Made by a program: the position numbers and the translations under genes. 64,000 bases of DNA from Candidatus Omnitrophota bacterium (lineage in GTDB: Bacteria > Omnitrophota > Gorgyraeia > Duberdicusellales > 4484-171). The notes beneath the pieces are model-generated. The model was not told where the DNA came from, searched no databases, and saw nothing but the letters and a program-made list of their open reading frames with translations. The stretch spans positions 32,342-96,341 of the forward strand of contig JAFGQU010000016.1 in NCBI GenBank assembly GCA_016935525.1, in the 5' to 3' direction. This document shows, in pieces, positions 60,795 through 64,000 of the stretch (its first letter is position 1; each line of letters starts with the position of its first letter).

Positions 60795-62128
60795 TGGCTC
60801 AAGAGATCGAAAAACTTATCCACGAATTGTTTGCTTTTATGCAAACGTTTTATGTCTACCCTCAAGGGCATCCTAAACTTAAGGAAGGGATTGAACGGGT
60901 CTACGGGATGCTTAAAGATGCGTTTGCCCAACGCGACGAACTCGTGATCGGTATCGTCGGCGATGAAGTCGCATTCGAGAAAGAAATATTTTTTGAATTG
61001 AGTAAACGGTTCGAGACACTGATTCATCAATTGAATAACAAACAGATAGAAAGAATAGTTTTTCTTAAAAATGTGACTCCCGACGAACTGGTGCGGTTTC
61101 TGAAAGCTTTGACCGAACGCAGCAAGGACTTAGAGTCTTATCAGGAATATTTGACTATGCTGGGCGTGGAGAACATCCGTATCGGGAAAATGACTCATGC
61201 CGGGCAACTGCTCCCTCCCGGCGCTCACGGGGAAATAACCGTCCCGATAAAGAAGCCTGATCATAAAGAGGAGGGAGGGGAAATAGATACGGTATTCGAT
61301 TCTTTCTCTAATATCCTTAAAGGAGAAGACCTGGATTTTATCAAACTCCAGATGACTTTGAACGGTTTTTTAACCGATGCCTACCAACAGAAGAAACTTT
61401 TTAGAGAAGCCGGTTTTTTAAGGAATTATGATGTAAGTACGTTTTTGCATTCGGTGAACGTATCGCTGCTATCGATGTATTTCGTTTCAGCGTTGGGATA
61501 CAGCAAAGAAGAGATCTTACAGGTCGGAGTCGCCGGCCTCCTTCATGATATGGGGAAGATCGCGGTGAGCCGCGATATCATCCAGAAACCGGGGGCTTTG
61601 ACCGAAGAAGAGTTCGGGAAGATCAAAAACCATTCTCAACTGGGCGCGAAGATCCTGCTTAAATACGTATATTCTTTAGGGGTGTTGCCGGTAGTGGTGG
61701 CGCTGGAACATCATGTCTCTTATGATTTAAGCGGGTACCCTCAGCTGGATTATCCCGTAAAACCGAACATAATCTCTTCACTGGTGGGGATTTGTGATTT
61801 TTACGACGCGTTACGTTCCCGGCGGGCCTATAAAAAGGAATATCTGCCCGAGAAGATCTATGAGATCATGATGCAGGAGAAAGGAAAACGGTTCGATCCG
61901 TATCTTATAGACCGGTTTTTCCAGGAATTAGGCGTGTATCCTGTCGGTACGAACGTGAGATTATCCGACGGAAGTATCGCCATCGTCAGATCCCAGAATA
62001 AAGAGGATATTTTCCGTCCCCACGTGGAAATAATCAGTCCTGCCGAATTACACGGGACTTACCGTGACCTGAGTAAGCTTCAAGAGATATCCATTAAAGA
62101 ATCGGTATCCTCAAGCCCTGGACCATAA
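60794..62128 (+). CDS. HD-GYP domain c-di-GMP phosphodiesterase
   Basis: HSVNV, LLHDMGK, EHH..SGYP, DFYDALRSRRAYK. Confidence 0.92.
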   Translation: MAQEIEKLIHELFAFMQTFYVYPQGHPKLKEGIERVYGMLKDAFAQRDELVIGIVGDEVAFEKEIFFELSKRFETLIHQLNNKQIERIVFLKNVTPDELVRFLKALTERSKDLESYQEYLTMLGVENIRIGKMTHAGQLLPPGAHGEITVPIKKPDHKEEGGEIDTVFDSFSNILKGEDLDFIKLQMTLNGFLTDAYQQKKLFREAGFLRNYDVSTFLHSVNVSLLSMYFVSALGYSKEEILQVGVAGLLHDMGKIAVSRDIIQKPGALTEEEFGKIKNHSQLGAKILLKYVYSLGVLPVVVALEHHVSYDLSGYPQLDYPVKPNIISSLVGICDFYDALRSRRAYKKEYLPEKIYEIMMQEKGKRFDPYLIDRFFQELGVYPVGTNVRLSDGSIAIVRSQNKEDIFRPHVEIISPAELHGTYRDLSKLQEISIKESVSSSPGP

Positions 62129-62255
62129 CATTTCCCTGTTTCTATGTATTTTTTCCGGAGAAAACAGGTATTGCTGCGGGATATAGTCTATGGTAAAATT
62201 AACCGCTATAAAGTAGTAGTAATGCCGATTCAACACTTTATAAAGGGAAAGCGTT

Positions 62256-63278
62256 ATGAAACTGAGTTCCAATCAACTTCAGAAAATACCGGGAAAATTT
62301 AAGGGGAAAAAAGTGCTGGTCGTAGGGGACCTCATCCTTGACCATTACATTTTCGGTGATGCCGAACGTATTTCTCCGGAGGCTCCGGTCCCGGTAGTAT
62401 GGGCTAATAAAGAGTCATTTGTCGGCGGGGGAGCGGTGAACGTGGCCCTTAACCTGATCGATCTGGGTGCTCGGGTCTCGTTGTGCGGAGTAGTCGGGAA
62501 TGACCATTTTGGTAAGGTGTTGGTATCGCTCGTGAAAGGAAAGGGGATCGATACCGGTTTCGTCGCAAAAGACCGTAGCCGGCCCACTACCTTAAAGAGC
62601 AGGGTAGTTGCCGTACAGCAACAGGTTGTCCGTATCGACTGGGAATCTCAGGAATTTCTTCCGCTTTCTATCAATAGCCGGGTACTGGACCGGATTAAAA
62701 AGAGCATTCACCAGTTTGACGGGGTCATTATTGAAGATTATGGTAAAGGAGTGATCAACCCGTCGTTAGTCGACCAGTTGGTACGGATATGTAAAAAATA
62801 CGATAAGATCATTACCGTCGATCCTAAAGAAGAGCATTTCGATTATTATGAGAATGTAACGGCAATGACTCCTAACTTAAAAGAAGCCCAGATCGCCGGC
62901 CAGATGACGGTGCGCAGTAAAGAACAGATCAACCTTCTCGGTGAAGTCATTATGGACCGGTTTAAACTAAAAGGCCTTTTGATCACGATGGGAAAAGAGG
63001 GGATGCGTTTGTTCTTAGATAATGGTAAGAGTTTTCATATCCCTACGTATGCGTTGGAAGTGTATGATGTCACCGGAGCCGGAGACACGGTTGTCGCAGT
63101 ATTTACTCTTGCGCTTTTGTCCGGAGCTTCCTATCTTGAGGCGGCAGTAATCGCCAATTTTGCTGCCGGAGTGGTGGTCGGCAAACTGGGAGCCGCTACC
63201 GCGACTAAAGATGAGATCATTCAGCGTATCAAAAAAAATAAAGATCCGATTTATCTGCATACAAAATGGAAATTGTAG
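62256..63278 (+). CDS. hldA: D-glycero-beta-D-manno-heptose-7-phosphate kinase (RfaE domain I)
   Basis: RISPEAPVPVV, DYGKG, TPNLKEA, DVTGAGDTV. Confidence 0.93.
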   Translation: MKLSSNQLQKIPGKFKGKKVLVVGDLILDHYIFGDAERISPEAPVPVVWANKESFVGGGAVNVALNLIDLGARVSLCGVVGNDHFGKVLVSLVKGKGIDTGFVAKDRSRPTTLKSRVVAVQQQVVRIDWESQEFLPLSINSRVLDRIKKSIHQFDGVIIEDYGKGVINPSLVDQLVRICKKYDKIITVDPKEEHFDYYENVTAMTPNLKEAQIAGQMTVRSKEQINLLGEVIMDRFKLKGLLITMGKEGMRLFLDNGKSFHIPTYALEVYDVTGAGDTVVAVFTLALLSGASYLEAAVIANFAAGVVVGKLGAATATKDEIIQRIKKNKDPIYLHTKWKL

Positions 63279-64000
63279 GAATTATTCCGGCTCGATACCA
63301 TTCGCAGCGGTTACCTCAGAAACTCCTGAGGCTGCTTCTGGGGAAGCCGCTTCTCCAGTGGACTTGGGAGAGGGCGCGGCAGGCGCGTTGTCTTGACCGT
63401 TTGATCATTGCCTGTGATAACGTGCAGGTCCAGCGGGCTGCTTGTGATTTCGGTGCCGAGGTGGTGATGACTTCACCCGAACATTCTTCCGGCACTGATC
63501 GTATCGCGGAAGCAGTCCGTGATCTCGATACAAAATATGTGATCAATATCCAGGCTGACGAACCGCTTATTCACCCTACTACCATCAATGTCTTGGGCGC
63601 TACGATTGCCGGTGATAATCATCCCGTAATGGCATCGATAAAAACGAAACTCATTGACCCCGATGACCGGGATAATCCTAATGTAGTGAAGGTGGTCGTC
63701 GACAAAAACGACAATGCTCTTTATTTTTCACGTGCTCCGATCCCGTACCGGCGCGAGGCGGATCAGGAAGCCATCTACTATAAACATATCGGTATTTACG
63801 CGTATACCAAAGATTTTCTGTATACGTTTAAGAACCTGCCGGCGTCACAGCTTGAGGGGGCCGAGAAGCTCGAACAATTAAGGGCTCTGGAAGCAGGATA
63901 TAAGATCAAAGTCGTGACCACACAATTCGATTCTCACGGGGTCGATACCGAAGATGATTTCAAAAAAGTCGAACGGATATTGATCCAGAACGGGCACAGC
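63266..64000 (+). CDS. kdsB: 3-deoxy-manno-octulosonate cytidylyltransferase; stop codon beyond the window
   Basis: Manual translation MEIVGIIPARYHSQRLPQK, SGTDRIAE, NIQADEP, YFSRAPIP, HIGIYAY, EKLEQLRALE, GVDT. Confidence 0.94.
   Translation, partial: MEIVGIIPARYHSQRLPQKLLRLLLGKPLLQWTWERARQARCLDRLIIACDNVQVQRAACDFGAEVVMTSPEHSSGTDRIAEAVRDLDTKYVINIQADEPLIHPTTINVLGATIAGDNHPVMASIKTKLIDPDDRDNPNVVKVVVDKNDNALYFSRAPIPYRREADQEAIYYKHIGIYAYTKDFLYTFKNLPASQLEGAEKLEQLRALEAGYKIKVVTTQFDSHGVDTEDDFKKVERILIQNGHS

Overview
Chromosomal window from a diderm bacterium. The gene content and order suggest a PVC-superphylum organism, possibly Ca. Omnitrophota; this is an inference. Almost all genes are + strand housekeeping genes: nadX-uvrA, a TPR/ExbBD unit, a type IV pilus/T2SS-like operon with four pilins, tRNA-Ala(CGC), rsmE-mtaB-rluB, priA-fmt, ligA, xerD, rbfA-truB-ribF, a dcw cluster from mraZ to ftsA with no ftsZ, an HD-GYP pair, hldA and kdsB. 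Three things stand out. (1) Many intergenic spacers hold short-period (7-11 bp) degenerate tandem arrays from about 11 sequence families. They are often arranged as inverted arm pairs, are invaded by 11-18 bp mini-hairpins, and sit against start and stop codons. (2) The first 3.2 kb is an AT-rich minus-strand accessory array with attC-like half sites. It includes a NYN RNase gene bracketed by a duplicated module and preceded by a promoter, a ~65-nt two-hairpin RNA and a terminator, which resembles a type III toxin-antitoxin layout. (3) FtsA and PriA both have degenerate catalytic motifs, and two genes sharing a paralogous N-terminal domain occupy the position where ftsZ normally lies. All calls were made by eye; no database searches were run.
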